A DNA stretch of 64,000 nucleotides from Candidatus Obscuribacterales bacterium (GCA_965228855.1 CBDDIJ010000003.1:2016001-2080000); one strand, 5' to 3'. Counted from the stretch's first letter, positions 18,469-28,788 are shown. The notes: a model not told the origin generated them from the sequence alone. Numbers and translations: made by a program.

Positions 18469-19707
18469 TTGCTCGAAACCACCGCAAACCGGAGAACGGT
18501 TATGAATTCTCGAAAAGTCCAAGCCTTACTACTGTCTTCGCTCCTGTGCTTAGGCGCTCTTCCGGCATGTGCAGCAGGAGATCAAACCCGTTCAGACGAG
18601 GCGATGACGTACCCGAGCCCCAGCCAAAGCGAATGGACGCAACCGTCATCTTCATCGACCAACCAGTCCGGATGGACACAGCCTTCATCGGGAGCTTCTG
18701 CCGGACAGTCCGGCTGGCAACAACCATCCTCACAAGCCTCTTCCGGTCAATCAGGCTGGCAACAACCATCTTCTCCAGTGTCCGCCGGTCAATCGGGCTG
18801 GCAACAACCATCTTCTCAAGTGTCTGCCGGACAATCGGGCTGGCAACAACCATCTTCTCAAGCATCTCCAGGTCAGTCCGATTGGCAAATGCCCGCCGGG
18901 TCTTCCGGTGGCAATTCCTTTGGAGGAGGCTCCGGCGCGGGTCAGTCAGGGTGGAATCAAGCATCTGGAGGTGATGGCTCCGGTCAATCAGGCTGGGTTC
19001 AACCATCCGGAGGTGCCAATCCAGGACAGTCTGGATGGACACAGCCCTCCAACGCCGCAAACGCATCGAATCCCGGTCAGTCCGGTTGGGTTCAGCCTTC
19101 GGGTAACGCAGGTGGAGGCGGTCAAGGTCAGTCCGGATGGACTCAGCCATCGACCGCATCGAGCGGTCCAGGTCAATCCGGCTGGGTGCAACCATCCGGC
19201 AATGCCGGCAGTGGAAACGCTCCCCTCCTCGGTGAGGTGCTCATGCAAGAGCAAGCCGGCGGTGGTGGCACTGCTGGTGGCATGACCTCAGCCGGCGCAG
19301 GCGGTGGCATGGGAGATATGAGTGCAATGGGCGGAGCCGGTGCTATGGGCGCAACGGGAGCAACGGGCGCAACCGGCGCAGGAGGTCTGGCCGATATGAT
19401 GGGCGCCGGTGGCATGAATATGCCACTAAACTCCGTGGGAGGCGCCCTTCAAGTTCTGGACTTCATGATGCAAGCGATGCCGTCTAAAAACAGCGGCAGA
19501 ATGGTACCAGGCGGGATGGCTCCGGCGAATGGAATGGCTGGCGCACCCGTAAGCAACGGTCAATACGCTCCAGCGAAGAAACCAATGCCGGTTGTCGGTG
19601 GCGTAGGTTCCACGATGAATAAATCAGTCAACCGTGGTATCAACCGCGGTATCAACTCCGGCGTGAATCGTGCTGTTGGCCGCTCAATGAGATACATTCA
19701 CTTCTAG
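18469..19707 (+). CDS. Secreted low-complexity protein with GQSGWxQPS repeats (start probably ATG 18502)
   Basis: Signal peptide MNSRKVQALLLSSLLCLGALPACAA, 13 Trp-centred repeats, Gly/Met-rich region, (I/V)NRG repeats at the C-terminus. Confidence 0.8.
   Translation: MLETTANRRTVMNSRKVQALLLSSLLCLGALPACAAGDQTRSDEAMTYPSPSQSEWTQPSSSSTNQSGWTQPSSGASAGQSGWQQPSSQASSGQSGWQQPSSPVSAGQSGWQQPSSQVSAGQSGWQQPSSQASPGQSDWQMPAGSSGGNSFGGGSGAGQSGWNQASGGDGSGQSGWVQPSGGANPGQSGWTQPSNAANASNPGQSGWVQPSGNAGGGGQGQSGWTQPSTASSGPGQSGWVQPSGNAGSGNAPLLGEVLMQEQAGGGGTAGGMTSAGAGGGMGDMSAMGGAGAMGATGATGATGAGGLADMMGAGGMNMPLNSVGGALQVLDFMMQAMPSKNSGRMVPGGMAPANGMAGAPVSNGQYAPAKKPMPVVGGVGSTMNKSVNRGINRGINSGVNRAVGRSMRYIHF
18622..19197 (+). 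repeat. Coding tandem repeat, 13 units, mostly ~42 bp/14 aa
   Basis: Units such as GGTCAATCGGGCTGGCAACAACCATC recur with synonymous variation. Confidence 0.9.
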
Positions 19708-19737
19708 ACTCTGGACCGCTTTTCCGAAGCGTCAAAC

Positions 19738-20946
19738 TCAGGAGTAGTCTCCTCGGTCCTTTTTGTAACCGTCGATCTGCTTAATGGCAAACTCGACTGT
19801 TTTGCGAATCAAATCGAGGGTGCCACTGTAATTGGCGATATGCCGCGACCGGAATGTCGCGGGCACCAATTGAAGCATATCACCGAGTTTTAATTGAAAA
19901 ATATAGCAGCATGATAGGTTTTGAAGCAGACTGTACTCCTGCCCTGCTTCGAATTTTGCCTGACGTTCCATAACTCGAAGAGAACGTTTAAAGTGCTTTT
20001 CGGCGTTCGAGAAATCGTTCTGATTCAAATTCGTCGACGCCAAACCGACCAGATTGCTGACAATATTCGGATTGTCAGCGCCCCAGAGTTTTTCTGCACT
20101 GGCTAGAGCTCTGGTATGTAGCCTCTCGGCCTCATCAAGATTTCCCTTAGCATTACATATGGTGGCAAGCCGTTCCATCATACGAATCTTGTATTCGTTA
20201 TCCGCCGGTAACTTCGACAAAATGTCGACACCGCGACGCGCAATAGGCTCAGCCTTTTCAAACATCAATGTCCGAACATACTGAGTCGACAAATGATAAA
20301 GAGTCACGCCCACCTCAGGGTGATCAGGACCGAGCGCTTTCTCCTTAATCGCAAGAGCCTTTCGCCCAAGTGCTCCTGCCATAGTGAAGTTTTCAGCAAG
20401 CGCGTGACACTGAGAAAGCTCATCCAGCGTCTCTCCGACCAGTCGATCTTCTTCACCAAGTTTACTTCGACGTATGCCGAGTGATTTATTTAAATACGAT
20501 TCTGATTCATCAACTTTGTTGGCGAGATAGGAGCCACTGAGACCGACCCGAGAGGCGGCTGCCGCAATTGCAAGGTCGTTGGCTCCGACAGTTTTTTCAA
20601 TTGTTTCAAACGCCTTTGTAGCCAGGTCGTGAGCCTCTTCGAAGTCTTGTTTGGAAATGGCCAGATCGGCTCGGTAAAGGTCAACCAGGGCAACCTCTTT
20701 GCTCTCGGCACCGTAAATTTCCGACTTGATTTCACGGCTTCTCGAAAAACTTTCGTCCGCGGCATCATATTTTGCCAACCAGATTTGACTGCGCCCCAGC
20801 CACTCTAGAGCCTCCGCATATTCAGATCTTTTAGTCTCGTTCCCTTTGAGACTTTCTACAGCAGATGCAAACGTCTGCTCGGACTCTTTGAACTCGCCAC
20901 GAAGGTATTGGGCCGCGCCGTCATCAATTGCTTTTTCCCAGCTCAT
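19738..20946 (-). CDS. TPR protein (kinesin-light-chain-like TPR_12 repeats)
   Basis: ALAIKEKALGPDHPEVGVTL, SLGIRRSKLGEEDRLVGETL and EKLWGADNPNIVSNL repeats. Confidence 0.85.
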   Translation of the reverse strand: MSWEKAIDDGAAQYLRGEFKESEQTFASAVESLKGNETKRSEYAEALEWLGRSQIWLAKYDAADESFSRSREIKSEIYGAESKEVALVDLYRADLAISKQDFEEAHDLATKAFETIEKTVGANDLAIAAAASRVGLSGSYLANKVDESESYLNKSLGIRRSKLGEEDRLVGETLDELSQCHALAENFTMAGALGRKALAIKEKALGPDHPEVGVTLYHLSTQYVRTLMFEKAEPIARRGVDILSKLPADNEYKIRMMERLATICNAKGNLDEAERLHTRALASAEKLWGADNPNIVSNLVGLASTNLNQNDFSNAEKHFKRSLRVMERQAKFEAGQEYSLLQNLSCCYIFQLKLGDMLQLVPATFRSRHIANYSGTLDLIRKTVEFAIKQIDGYKKDRGDYS

Positions 20947-21125
20947 TCGTCATCCTCAGGTAGGTCTAATTCTTCTTATACCTCCTATTTAGCAACTTAG
21001 CTCGAGGTTAAACCCCGAGTCTTAATCATTCTACTGACAACATAAAGGGAAGCTTTTGAAGCCGAACTTCGGATTCAATTACCTGTATGATTGATGGACT
21101 ACCAAACGTTGTTATCAATAGAACT

Positions 21126-21968
21126 ATGGCGTATTTAGCAGAAATCAGCAGAGCAAACCCATCCTGTTTCGTGTTCCTGATCGATCAATCGGGCTCAATG
21201 CAGGACCCGTTCGGCTCCGTCACCGGAACGAAGACAAAGGCGATGGGTGTCGCCGACGCAATCAATAGATTGCTGCAAAATCTTGTCATCAAATGCACAA
21301 AATCGGAAGGCATTCGTGACTACTATCACGTCGCTGTTGTTGGTTATGGCGGCAAGGGCGTGAAGCCCGCCTTCGGTGGCGCACTTGAAAATAAAACGCT
21401 AATTCCAGTGAGCGAAATTGGAAACAATCCATATCGTCTGGAAGAGCGGCGCAAGAAGACCGAAGATAGCTCTGGTGCTGTTGTAGAGCAGACCATCAGG
21501 TTTCCCGTGTGGTTCGAGCCTGTCGCCTATGGCGGCACGCCGATGAACTCTGCTTTGCAGCAAGCCACATCGATCGTCGTAAAATGGCTTGCTGAGCACC
21601 CTCACTGCTTCCCACCCATAGTCATTAACATCTCGGACGGCGAATCAACTGACGGAGATCCGTTCCAATCCGCCTACGATTTGATGACTCTTTCGAGCAC
21701 CGACGGCGACGTTTTGCTGTTCAACGTGCACATCTCATCATCGAATCACCAACCAATCGAATATCCGGACAATGAGGCCGTTCTTCCGGACCAGCATGCA
21801 AAATTGCTGTTCACAATGTCGAGTCCATTACCTGATTACATGCGAAAAATGGTGGGCAATGAGGGAATCGACATCTCGTACAACACACGAGGTTTCGTGT
21901 TCAATGCTGATCTGGTGTCAGTGATTCGATTCCTCGACATCGGCACGCGACCAAGCAACATGCGTTAG
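21126..21968 (+). CDS. TerY-like von Willebrand A domain protein
   Basis: MIDAS DQSGS, GGTPM, NISDGE. Start MAYLAEISR within ORF 21087..21968. Confidence 0.85.
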   Translation: MAYLAEISRANPSCFVFLIDQSGSMQDPFGSVTGTKTKAMGVADAINRLLQNLVIKCTKSEGIRDYYHVAVVGYGGKGVKPAFGGALENKTLIPVSEIGNNPYRLEERRKKTEDSSGAVVEQTIRFPVWFEPVAYGGTPMNSALQQATSIVVKWLAEHPHCFPPIVINISDGESTDGDPFQSAYDLMTLSSTDGDVLLFNVHISSSNHQPIEYPDNEAVLPDQHAKLLFTMSSPLPDYMRKMVGNEGIDISYNTRGFVFNADLVSVIRFLDIGTRPSNMR

Positions 21969-22015
21969 TTACGGGGTCTCATCAGACGATATCAGAAACT
22001 GAGTGAAGCTAAGAC

Positions 22016-22756
22016 ATGAAAGTCCGTACGAAAACATTCTGGCTACCGAAGCGCGGCAATGCGACTGAGGAATACGAAGACGCAGCCTGGCCGCTAGATT
22101 CAGTTGACTGCGAAACCGACACTTTCAGATGTGCCGTCGCTGATGGTGCAACGGAAGCATCCTTTTCACGCAGGTGGGCGCAACTGCTTGTTAAAGGTTT
22201 CGATGATGAAACCGAAATCGCTAAACTTGCCGAAGAATGGAATTCCGAAATCAAGGAGATGGAACTTCCGTGGTACGCACAAGAGAAAGCCGAATCAGGT
22301 GCGTTTTCTACGTTTAGTGGACTGATCTTAAAAGACGGAGGCACCACGGGTGGTTCCTACTCAGCAAAACTTCTTGGCGACAGCTGCGTATTTCACATGC
22401 GCGGTGAAACATTGCTCGAGTCTATGCCACTGACGAGTTACGAATGTTTCAACAACTCACCGGCACTGCTCTGCAGCAATTTGTCCAACCATGAAGATGT
22501 TGAGGCTATGTTCAGTTCGAAAGAAGGAACCTGGGAAAACGGAGACCGCTTTCTGCTCGTGACAGACGCAATTGCAGCCTGGACTTTCAAGCGTCAACTC
22601 GAGCACGGTGATGGTTTCAAAAAGCTTCTCGAGATCGACAGCCAGGAAGTTTTAGATAAATTATGTCACGATGCCCGCGAAGAACATGATGAGCAGGGGC
22701 GTCCCAACATGCGCAACGACGACGTCACTCTTCTAATCGTGGAAGTATTCAGTTAG
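22016..22756 (+). CDS. PP2C-family protein phosphatase
   Basis: YEDA, AVADGATE, LGDS, LVTDA, NDDVT metal-binding motifs. Confidence 0.85.
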   Translation: MKVRTKTFWLPKRGNATEEYEDAAWPLDSVDCETDTFRCAVADGATEASFSRRWAQLLVKGFDDETEIAKLAEEWNSEIKEMELPWYAQEKAESGAFSTFSGLILKDGGTTGGSYSAKLLGDSCVFHMRGETLLESMPLTSYECFNNSPALLCSNLSNHEDVEAMFSSKEGTWENGDRFLLVTDAIAAWTFKRQLEHGDGFKKLLEIDSQEVLDKLCHDAREEHDEQGRPNMRNDDVTLLIVEVFS

Positions 22757-22774
22757 CAAACAGAGGGACACATC

Positions 22775-24280
22775 TTGCTCGATCATTTTTCCGATTCTGC
22801 AATCAAAGTTGTTCAACTCGCTCAGTTGGAAACAGAAGACTTATGTCACGATATCATAGGCACAGAACACCTTTTGCTTGGTTTACTCGCATACGAGATC
22901 GGCACGCCTGCGATTATTTTGAAAGCGCTCGGCATTACGCGCAGGAAAGCGAAGGAAGAAGTACTTCGCATCATGAAACGTGGTGCAAAGGAAAACAACT
23001 CAGTAGACTTCATGTTTACAGTTAGAGCCAAGGCGGTTTTTCGTATGGCGGAAGAAAACCGTGAGCGCAATGAAGACGGCAAAGTAGAACCTGACGATTT
23101 GATGTCGGCGATCCTTTCAGTTCCTCGCTGTACAGCGCAGAAAGTTTTGCACGCCCTGGACGTTGACACCGACGAGCTCATTCTCAGACTCGCCAGCAAA
23201 GGTACGAGCGATACCGAGACTGGTTTAAACGCAATTACTTTCGATCAGTTGAACGAATTGCATCATCGAATTCAGGCAGGCGGAGTTCCAGTTTCTAACG
23301 ATTCCGGACAACAAGCTTTCGGCAACCAGGCTGCAACATCCGACCCGCAGAGTGGAAATAGCGGGCACACTGCCGGCAACGACCCGATGATCGGCTACAT
23401 CATAGATCGAAAATATGAAGTCATATCCGTTCTCGGATATGGTGGAATGGGCGTCGTTTACAAGGTCAATCATCTGGTCTTGGGACGATATTTCGCGATA
23501 AAAATAATCCATCCCTATCTTGCCGCCGATGTGCAAAATCGCAGGCGGTTTCAGCGCGAAGCGCAAGCTGCGAGCCGTTTGACGCACCCAAACCTGGCGA
23601 CTGTTTTTGACTGGGACATAATGGAAGATGGCAGACCGTACATCGTCATGTATTACATTGATGGTGTGAAGCTCACCGATCTCATTCGAGTGAGGCAGAC
23701 CGTCAGTGAAAATTCATGGATATCGATTTTTATGCAGATGTGCGACGCTGTCGCGCATGCGCATGCCAATGGCGTTTTACACAGAGATTTAAAACCGAGC
23801 AACGTCATTTTGAGTAAAACAGACGACGCCTCGCATTTTGTCAAAATCGTCGATTTCGGCATTGCCAAAATTTTGACGCAGAATCCCAGTGAAGCCAAAG
23901 ACCTGACTAAGTCGGGAGAAGTCTTCGGAAGTCCGTTCTATATGAGTCCGGAGCAGTGCATGGGCCGGACGCTGGACGTGCGCTCGGATATTTACGGACT
24001 CGGAGTCGTGATGTACGAGTGCCTGACTGGAAGTTGTCCTTTCGTAGGCGAGAGTCTGTATCACACCATGACCCAACACGTTAACGCGGCACCACCACCG
24101 TTTTCGCAAATTGACCATACAAATCTGATTTCCAAAGACCTGGAAGCAGTCGTTATGAGATGCCTGGCTAAAAGCCCGGACAATCGTTATCAGTCGATGA
24201 CGAGCGTAAAACGCGCGCTCACAATGGCTCTGGGAGCAGCTAGCACCCGCCCTTCCGGCAGCTTCCAAGCTAACGCGTAA
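22775..24280 (+). CDS. Clp N-terminal (double Clp-R) domain fused to a Hanks Ser/Thr kinase
   Basis: IGTEHLLLGLL and FTVRAKAVF (ClpN), then GYGGMG, AIK, HRDLKPSN, DFG, SPEQ. No TM segment. Confidence 0.88.
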   Translation: MLDHFSDSAIKVVQLAQLETEDLCHDIIGTEHLLLGLLAYEIGTPAIILKALGITRRKAKEEVLRIMKRGAKENNSVDFMFTVRAKAVFRMAEENRERNEDGKVEPDDLMSAILSVPRCTAQKVLHALDVDTDELILRLASKGTSDTETGLNAITFDQLNELHHRIQAGGVPVSNDSGQQAFGNQAATSDPQSGNSGHTAGNDPMIGYIIDRKYEVISVLGYGGMGVVYKVNHLVLGRYFAIKIIHPYLAADVQNRRRFQREAQAASRLTHPNLATVFDWDIMEDGRPYIVMYYIDGVKLTDLIRVRQTVSENSWISIFMQMCDAVAHAHANGVLHRDLKPSNVILSKTDDASHFVKIVDFGIAKILTQNPSEAKDLTKSGEVFGSPFYMSPEQCMGRTLDVRSDIYGLGVVMYECLTGSCPFVGESLYHTMTQHVNAAPPPFSQIDHTNLISKDLEAVVMRCLAKSPDNRYQSMTSVKRALTMALGAASTRPSGSFQANA

Positions 24281-24329
24281 AGCTCCGGGAAGTTATTTTC
24301 CAGAATAACACTGATTCTGACTCTCGCGT

Positions 24330-24338
24330 TGCTATGAT
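24330..24338 (+). promoter_or_regulatory. Extended -10 element (TGcTATGAT)
   Basis: Matches TGnTAnnnT, 45 bp upstream of the 24384 start. Confidence 0.4.
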
Positions 24339-24383
24339 GGTTAGGGGGCTCGGTGCGCAGCATCGGACAGGAGTTAGGGGAGC

Positions 24384-24965
24384 ATGCTCATATTTTTGGC
24401 ATTCGTATTTTTTACGTGTGCCTATTTCGCAGAACCGATCGCGCAAGAATGGCCGACGGTGCAAAAATACGCGACTAACGTTCGCGGCTTTTTTGACGAC
24501 TTCGCTGCCGGCGACCCAGCCAAGATTATCTATTACAAAACAGCCACAGCTGAAATTATGGAACATGGCTTCGAGTCAGCTAATATCAAGTATTCGATCA
24601 GCGGCTATTACATGACGACCGGCATCAGTGCTCGAAACGAACAAGAACGACTCTTGCTGCAAGCAACGCCCAACGGCTCCGGTCTAAATGTCTACTACGA
24701 TCCAAACAATCCAACCATCGTCGTGATGCAGCCCACCTACAATGAAGCGCTGCGTAAGATGAAAGGTGTGTATATTCCAAAGGGCGGGTACAAGGGCAAA
24801 CGAACGTCAGCGCGATTTGTTGAGGGCTACGGGTACAGTCCGATCGTTAACTATGTGAGATTGGCGTGCATCATCGTTGGTGGCGTTCTACTCTATCTTG
24901 GAGCGCAGCCGCCAAAAGCTGATCCATTTGACGGGTTCATCAGACAAGACCAATTCAGGCGCTAG
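24384..24965 (+). CDS. Membrane protein, DUF3592-like
   Basis: N- and C-terminal TM segments, WPTV, IKYSISG and VYYDPNNP pattern. Confidence 0.55.
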   Translation: MLIFLAFVFFTCAYFAEPIAQEWPTVQKYATNVRGFFDDFAAGDPAKIIYYKTATAEIMEHGFESANIKYSISGYYMTTGISARNEQERLLLQATPNGSGLNVYYDPNNPTIVVMQPTYNEALRKMKGVYIPKGGYKGKRTSARFVEGYGYSPIVNYVRLACIIVGGVLLYLGAQPPKADPFDGFIRQDQFRR

Positions 24966-25041
24966 TTTCTTATAGAAATTTGAGTCCGGTCAAACCTGCA
25001 TTGAAGCAGGAGTTCGGTACAAAACGGCATAAAAGCAGACG

Positions 25042-26832
25042 TCAGGCGCTTGAGCGTTGTCTGTCAGGGCGCACTTCAGCGAGCAATTCCTGCACTTGTG
25101 AAAGCAGGTTGCCAAAACCGACTCGACTTGTTGCCGACGTGATGATAGGACCTGGTACTTGAGCCGCTAACCAAGCCAGATCTTCGGGTCTGACCTTATC
25201 GGCTTTGTTCAAAACAGTTATTAACGGTTTGTCGACGGCGCCGAGTTCAGCAAGCACGTCAAATACGCTCACAATTTGCTCTAGCACATTCGGGTGACTG
25301 GAATCGACGACGTGAAGAAGCACGTCAGCGGTCTGAGTTTCTTCGAGAGTGGCTCGGAATGCCGCGACCAGCGTGGTCGGCAATTTTTTGATGAAGCCTA
25401 CCGTATCGGAGATCAAAACTGTACTTCCGTCCGGCAAGGAGGTTTTCCTTGTCGTTGGATCTAGAGTCGCAAAAAGTTTATTTTCAACAAACACATCAGA
25501 CTTCGTCAGCGCATTCAGTAGCGTAGATTTACCTGAGTTCGTGTAGCCCACAAGTGCGACTACAGGAAGGTTTTGCGTGACTCTTTGACGACGTTGCGTG
25601 TCACGATAACTGCTGATTCGCTCTGTCTCTTTCTCGAGGTGATTTATTCTCGAACGAATGCGACGTCTATCGACTTCAAGTTTAGTTTCACCAGGACCTC
25701 TCGTGCCGATCCCACCACCCAATCGGGATAGCACAAGCCCTTTCCCGACCAGCCTAGGATACAGATACTTAAGTTGAGCAAGCTCAACTTGCAATTTACC
25801 CTCTTTGGTTTGAGCGCGCTGAGAGAAGATGTCTAAAATCAGTTCAGTCCGATCGAGAACTTTAACGCCGACCATATCTTCGAGATTGCGCTGTTGGGTT
25901 GGGCTTAATTCCTGGTCGATGATAACCAGGTTTGCGCCAAGTTCCTGCGCCATCAAAGCGACTTCCTGAACCTTACCTGAACCCAGGAAATGTTTCGGAT
26001 GCGGTTGTTGTCTGGCTTGAGTAATTCGACCACAGATGGTAGCACCGGCGGTGCGGGCCAGTTGCGCGAGTTCATCAAGGTCATCTTCGACTTGCCACGA
26101 ATCCGACTGACCGTTGATCAGACCGACGAGAACGGCGCGCTCTTCCCCCTCGGCCACCTGGAGACCTGGTGCTTGCTCTCTGAACTCGTCTTCAAGCGAA
26201 TTGATCAGATCGTCGAAATTGTCCTCTCCTGCACCACGGGCGGTTTGAGGCTCCAAAACTTTCCAGAGACGCCCCTGACTATCACGACCAGGCATCAAGT
26301 GTGCGATGTGCACGGCATCAGCCATTTTTGTCTGCTCGCCGCGAGATCTGCTGAACTGTCCGTTCGGATCAACGTCAATTTGCGCAAGAAGATCCAGACG
26401 ATTCTTTGCCAGACATTGCAGACTATCTTTAGTAAAAACAGAAGGTTCATCGCGAGTGGTATCGCTGGCGGTGTTCTCGCCATTCGCTGCAGTCAAAGCC
26501 TTCTTTTTCGCCAACTTCAATGTGTCTGAATTTAGCTGCGTAAAAACAATTCTGTGTCCACAAAACCGTCCAGGTCCGACACGGACTCCGCGCAACTCAG
26601 GCATGTTGACAGCGCTGGGTGGTCCGGCGGTGACGTTGACCACCTGACCGCGACGATTAATTACTACCGAAATGGAAGAGCCGATCTCATGGCTAATCTC
26701 AGCCACAGAATCGGCAAGTTCGAGAGTAAGAACTTTTTCTTTCGGGATGCGTTTTGTAAGCAGACGCTCTAACTGGTGTATCTCTGACTTCTTAAGTCCC
26801 TTGGCATTAGCTAAATCAAGTTTGCCGTGCAA
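25042..26832 (-). CDS. hflX: Ribosome-splitting GTPase HflX, long cyanobacterial-type N-terminus
   Basis: GIGTRGPGETKLE, GYTNSGKS (G1), LFATLDPT, DTVGF, NKAD. GGAG RBS before the TTG start. Confidence 0.95.
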   Translation of the reverse strand: MHGKLDLANAKGLKKSEIHQLERLLTKRIPKEKVLTLELADSVAEISHEIGSSISVVINRRGQVVNVTAGPPSAVNMPELRGVRVGPGRFCGHRIVFTQLNSDTLKLAKKKALTAANGENTASDTTRDEPSVFTKDSLQCLAKNRLDLLAQIDVDPNGQFSRSRGEQTKMADAVHIAHLMPGRDSQGRLWKVLEPQTARGAGEDNFDDLINSLEDEFREQAPGLQVAEGEERAVLVGLINGQSDSWQVEDDLDELAQLARTAGATICGRITQARQQPHPKHFLGSGKVQEVALMAQELGANLVIIDQELSPTQQRNLEDMVGVKVLDRTELILDIFSQRAQTKEGKLQVELAQLKYLYPRLVGKGLVLSRLGGGIGTRGPGETKLEVDRRRIRSRINHLEKETERISSYRDTQRRQRVTQNLPVVALVGYTNSGKSTLLNALTKSDVFVENKLFATLDPTTRKTSLPDGSTVLISDTVGFIKKLPTTLVAAFRATLEETQTADVLLHVVDSSHPNVLEQIVSVFDVLAELGAVDKPLITVLNKADKVRPEDLAWLAAQVPGPIITSATSRVGFGNLLSQVQELLAEVRPDRQRSSA

Positions 26833-26958
26833 TAGGTATTCTCCGTATGAGGCGGCAGTTAAGGTTTCCCATGGTCAGCAACAGTGTTTTGGTAAACAGG
26901 TCTTACTACTGAATAATACCCTTTATGTGCCGATAATTCACGCTGATTTAATCTACGA

Positions 26959-28788
26959 TCAACTGTCGCTGTTCCCGCTATGCCCATTATCAGGGCGTTT
27001 CAGGGTTTCAACCTCTTCTCTAGCCGCCAGTGGAATTTCATATGCATTTGTATTCGCTTGTGTAGCAAGCTCAACCTGTCTCGATGCATCGGACGTCTCT
27101 GAGGCGCTCGTAATTGCGTTCGTTATTGGCTCCGAACCGACAGAATCGCCCGTTCCATCTGGGTCTTTTTTGACTTCCGTGACGATCGCCGGACGCGCAT
27201 CTGAAACACGACGAAACTCGTGAGTAGTTTGTGATCGTCCTTGCTTGCGACGATCCTGGTAGCACGCTTCGACGCGATTCCAGTCTATAACCAGCTTTCC
27301 GCCGCCTGCAAGATGCTGCTCTTCCCAATTCATAACCAGATCCAGACATGCATGGTCTATATAATCGAGGCCTTCCAGGTGCACATGAAGCTCAGTATCG
27401 GGCCGCACGGATTCGAGTGCCTCTGCGAATCTCGGAAGCGATAAAAATGTCGATGCCCCCTTGAGAAAAATATCGGTACGATTGCGATCCGGATCATCGG
27501 CGATGCGGATATCAAGGCGAGAAAAGATATACAGTAGCTTGCAGATCGATAGAGCAACGCCGGTCAGAACACCGGTTAGAAGGTCGACAGAAACAATCAA
27601 AATTACTGTAGTCACATAGATCGCGACTTCCGACTTTCCAAATCGTTTTAGTTCGCTAATCACTTCTTTGAAGTTAGCAAGTTTCCAGCCGGTAAGAACT
27701 AGAAGCGCAGCCAAACTACATGTCGGAATCATTCGAACGACGAACGGCAAGCACGCAACGAATAACAAAAGCCACGCGCCGTGAAGGAAGCCTGACAAAC
27801 GCGTCTTGCCGCCTGCGCTGACATTGACTCCGGAGCGCACCATGACACCAGTCATAGGCAGACCGCCAAAGAAGCCTGCGGTCATGTTTCCGACTCCCTG
27901 GGCGACGAGTTCGCGGTCATAGTTCGTTCGCTCACCCTTATGCAATTTGTCCACGGCAGTGGCCGTCAAAAGCGTCTCGGCTGCGGCGACAAACGCAACG
28001 GCGACACCGTCGAATAAGATTTCCCACGTCATGCACTTCGGCACGATAGACCAGTTGACGCCTTTGAGAGAGCCGAATAGTGACTCGGGAATTTCAACAA
28101 AGTTGATTGGAAGCTTGTAATACCAGGCGACGAAGGTCGCAATCGAAATCGCTATCAACGACCCCGGTAAGAACTTCACAGGTCCGCGTTTCAACTTATC
28201 CCACAGCAATATAACCGCAATCGTCAAAAGACCAACACAAGCTGCAATATGGTGGGCGGCATCTGACGGCACAATGCCCTTCCAGACGGCCATAGGGATT
28301 GAAATCAGGTTGTTTATTCCAGTCCCCTTCGGGGTGTCGTCGACCATGACATGAAACTGTCCGGCGAAAAGCAAGACGCCTATACCCGAAAGCATTCCGT
28401 GAACCACAGATGGTGGCACCGAGCGGAACCATTGAGCCAGGCGCGAATAGCCGACGATCAACTGTACCAGACCGGCCAGCATAATAATTATCATCAGTTT
28501 TTCTGCGCCATGCTCACGAAGCAGTTCGTAGACAATCACGGCGAGACCGGCTGCTGGTCCGCTAATTTGCAGAGAACAACCGCTGAGCGGCGCTACAATC
28601 AATCCACCGATGATACCGGTTATGATGCCAGTCTGAGGAGGCAGACCCGAAGCAATTGCGATACCCATGCACAGGGGCAGCGCGACGAGGAACACGACTA
28701 CCGAAGCAAGCAAATCGTTACCCAAAGATTGCTTATTCCACTTAGGTAAAAAACCCTTGGAATTTACGACGTTTACTGACCTTGTCAT
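26959..28788 (-). CDS. SulP/SLC26 family anion (sulfate/bicarbonate) transporter with STAS-like tail
   Basis: DLLASVVVFLVALPLCMGIAIASG, QISGPAAGL, ELVAQGVGN, GGLPMTGVMVRS, many TM helices. Confidence 0.92.
   Translation of the reverse strand: MTRSVNVVNSKGFLPKWNKQSLGNDLLASVVVFLVALPLCMGIAIASGLPPQTGIITGIIGGLIVAPLSGCSLQISGPAAGLAVIVYELLREHGAEKLMIIIMLAGLVQLIVGYSRLAQWFRSVPPSVVHGMLSGIGVLLFAGQFHVMVDDTPKGTGINNLISIPMAVWKGIVPSDAAHHIAACVGLLTIAVILLWDKLKRGPVKFLPGSLIAISIATFVAWYYKLPINFVEIPESLFGSLKGVNWSIVPKCMTWEILFDGVAVAFVAAAETLLTATAVDKLHKGERTNYDRELVAQGVGNMTAGFFGGLPMTGVMVRSGVNVSAGGKTRLSGFLHGAWLLLFVACLPFVVRMIPTCSLAALLVLTGWKLANFKEVISELKRFGKSEVAIYVTTVILIVSVDLLTGVLTGVALSICKLLYIFSRLDIRIADDPDRNRTDIFLKGASTFLSLPRFAEALESVRPDTELHVHLEGLDYIDHACLDLVMNWEEQHLAGGGKLVIDWNRVEACYQDRRKQGRSQTTHEFRRVSDARPAIVTEVKKDPDGTGDSVGSEPITNAITSASETSDASRQVELATQANTNAYEIPLAAREEVETLKRPDNGHSGNSDS

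Noticed and set aside
18500..19195. 231-aa minus-strand ORF with MVVAS repeats
   Set aside because: Reverse-frame reading of the GQSGW repeat. The plus frame has the signal peptide and the synonymous variation pattern.
18622..19197. 42-bp repeats as a possible CRISPR array
   Set aside because: In-frame coding repeat with third-position variation, no unique spacers and no cas genes.
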